NCBI GenBank assembly: GCA_976226885.1
Contig: OZ320320.1
Location: 42,718,001 to 42,782,000, forward strand
DNA length: 64,000 nt
Direction: 5' to 3'
Source: Iphione sp. A-MEVVRFRX5
Taxonomy: Eukaryota
The first letter of the stretch is position 1. Every line of letters starts with the position of its first letter. The notes under the pieces were generated by a model. That model did no database searches. It was given only the letters and a program-made list of their open reading frames with translations, and was not told the origin of the DNA. The translations under genes were made by a program, and so were the position numbers. Shown in pieces: positions 63,501-64,000 of this stretch.

Positions 63501-64000
63501 GAACTGCTATAGCTTTTCGGGATTCAGCGGTCTCGAACTACCCCCTACCACCCCCAGAGCGACGGAGTGGTGGAGAGGTTTAATAGCACCCTCCTTGGCA
63601 TGTTGGCCAAAGTGGTACGCGAAGACCAGTCTGACTGGGACGAGAAAATTCCGTATGTCCTCGCTGCCTACCGAGCCACACCCCACCGTACGACAGGGTT
63701 CTCTCCAAACTGGCTTACCCTGCAACGAGAGACAACCCTACCTATTGAGTTGATGGTAGGGTCCCAGGAAGAAGAACGGCGGTCGGTGACTGAATACGTG
63801 GAAGAGGTCCACCACCGTTTTGTAGAAGCACATCGGACGGTACGGCGGCATCTACAGAAGGCCGCTGAGCGTTAGAAGGACTGGTACGATAGGAAGGTCA
63901 GGCCCCAGGAGTTTGACGTCCGGGACCGGGTGTGGCTCTACAGTCCAATCAAGAAGAAAGGACGCTCCCTTAAACTGCAAAGTCGTTGGCAAGGGTCTTG

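Larger units (their letters stand above)
59098..64000 (+). mobile_element. Ty3/Gypsy LTR retrotransposon (5' LTR to integrase; runs off the window; inactivated)
   Basis: Order LTR, PBS, gag (CFNCSKLGHFKRNC), PR (LVDTGAS), RT (YLDD), RH (DTDAS), IN (H..GHL..C..C, D-D-E core). Several frameshifts and in-frame stops (60879, 61125, 62628, 63510, 63873). Confidence 0.95.

Noticed and set aside
59045-63753. Many long overlapping and antisense ORFs
   Set aside because: These are shadows of GC-rich Gypsy coding sequence with no recognisable domains.
60879-63875. In-frame TGA/TAG codons in pol as readthrough or selenocysteine
   Set aside because: The stops are scattered and accompanied by frameshifts and damaged motifs, which fits ordinary decay.

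Overview
AT-rich metazoan (probably invertebrate) genomic DNA with one 128-N gap (6829-6956). The main content is one multi-exon minus-strand gene (CDS 48376->12211) encoding a mitochondrial FAD/folate flavoprotein of the sarcosine/dimethylglycine-dehydrogenase family, most similar to PDPR (pyruvate dehydrogenase phosphatase regulatory subunit). I rebuilt it by hand: 17 exon positions, phase-compatible splice sites, an open frame of 890-904 aa and one GC-AG intron. Three exon positions occur as homologous, individually open, phase-matched duplicates: exon 2 x2, exon 10 x2 and exon 11 x3. This looks like a mutually exclusive exon system with up to 12 isoforms. It swaps the FAD/active-site segments, including the His that carries covalent FAD in SARDH/DMGDH (present in 2A, absent in 2B). 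A decayed partial copy of exon 6 is also present. The introns hold three DIRS tyrosine-recombinase retroelements (one with complete ITR/ICR ends) and several MITEs. Upstream lie decayed LINE RT fragments, a pogo/Tigger transposase relic and the 5' part of a Gypsy LTR element with a tRNA-Leu PBS and a -1 frameshift signal. The first ~11 kb shows only repeats. All homology calls come from motif recognition and remembered family sequences, not from database searches.
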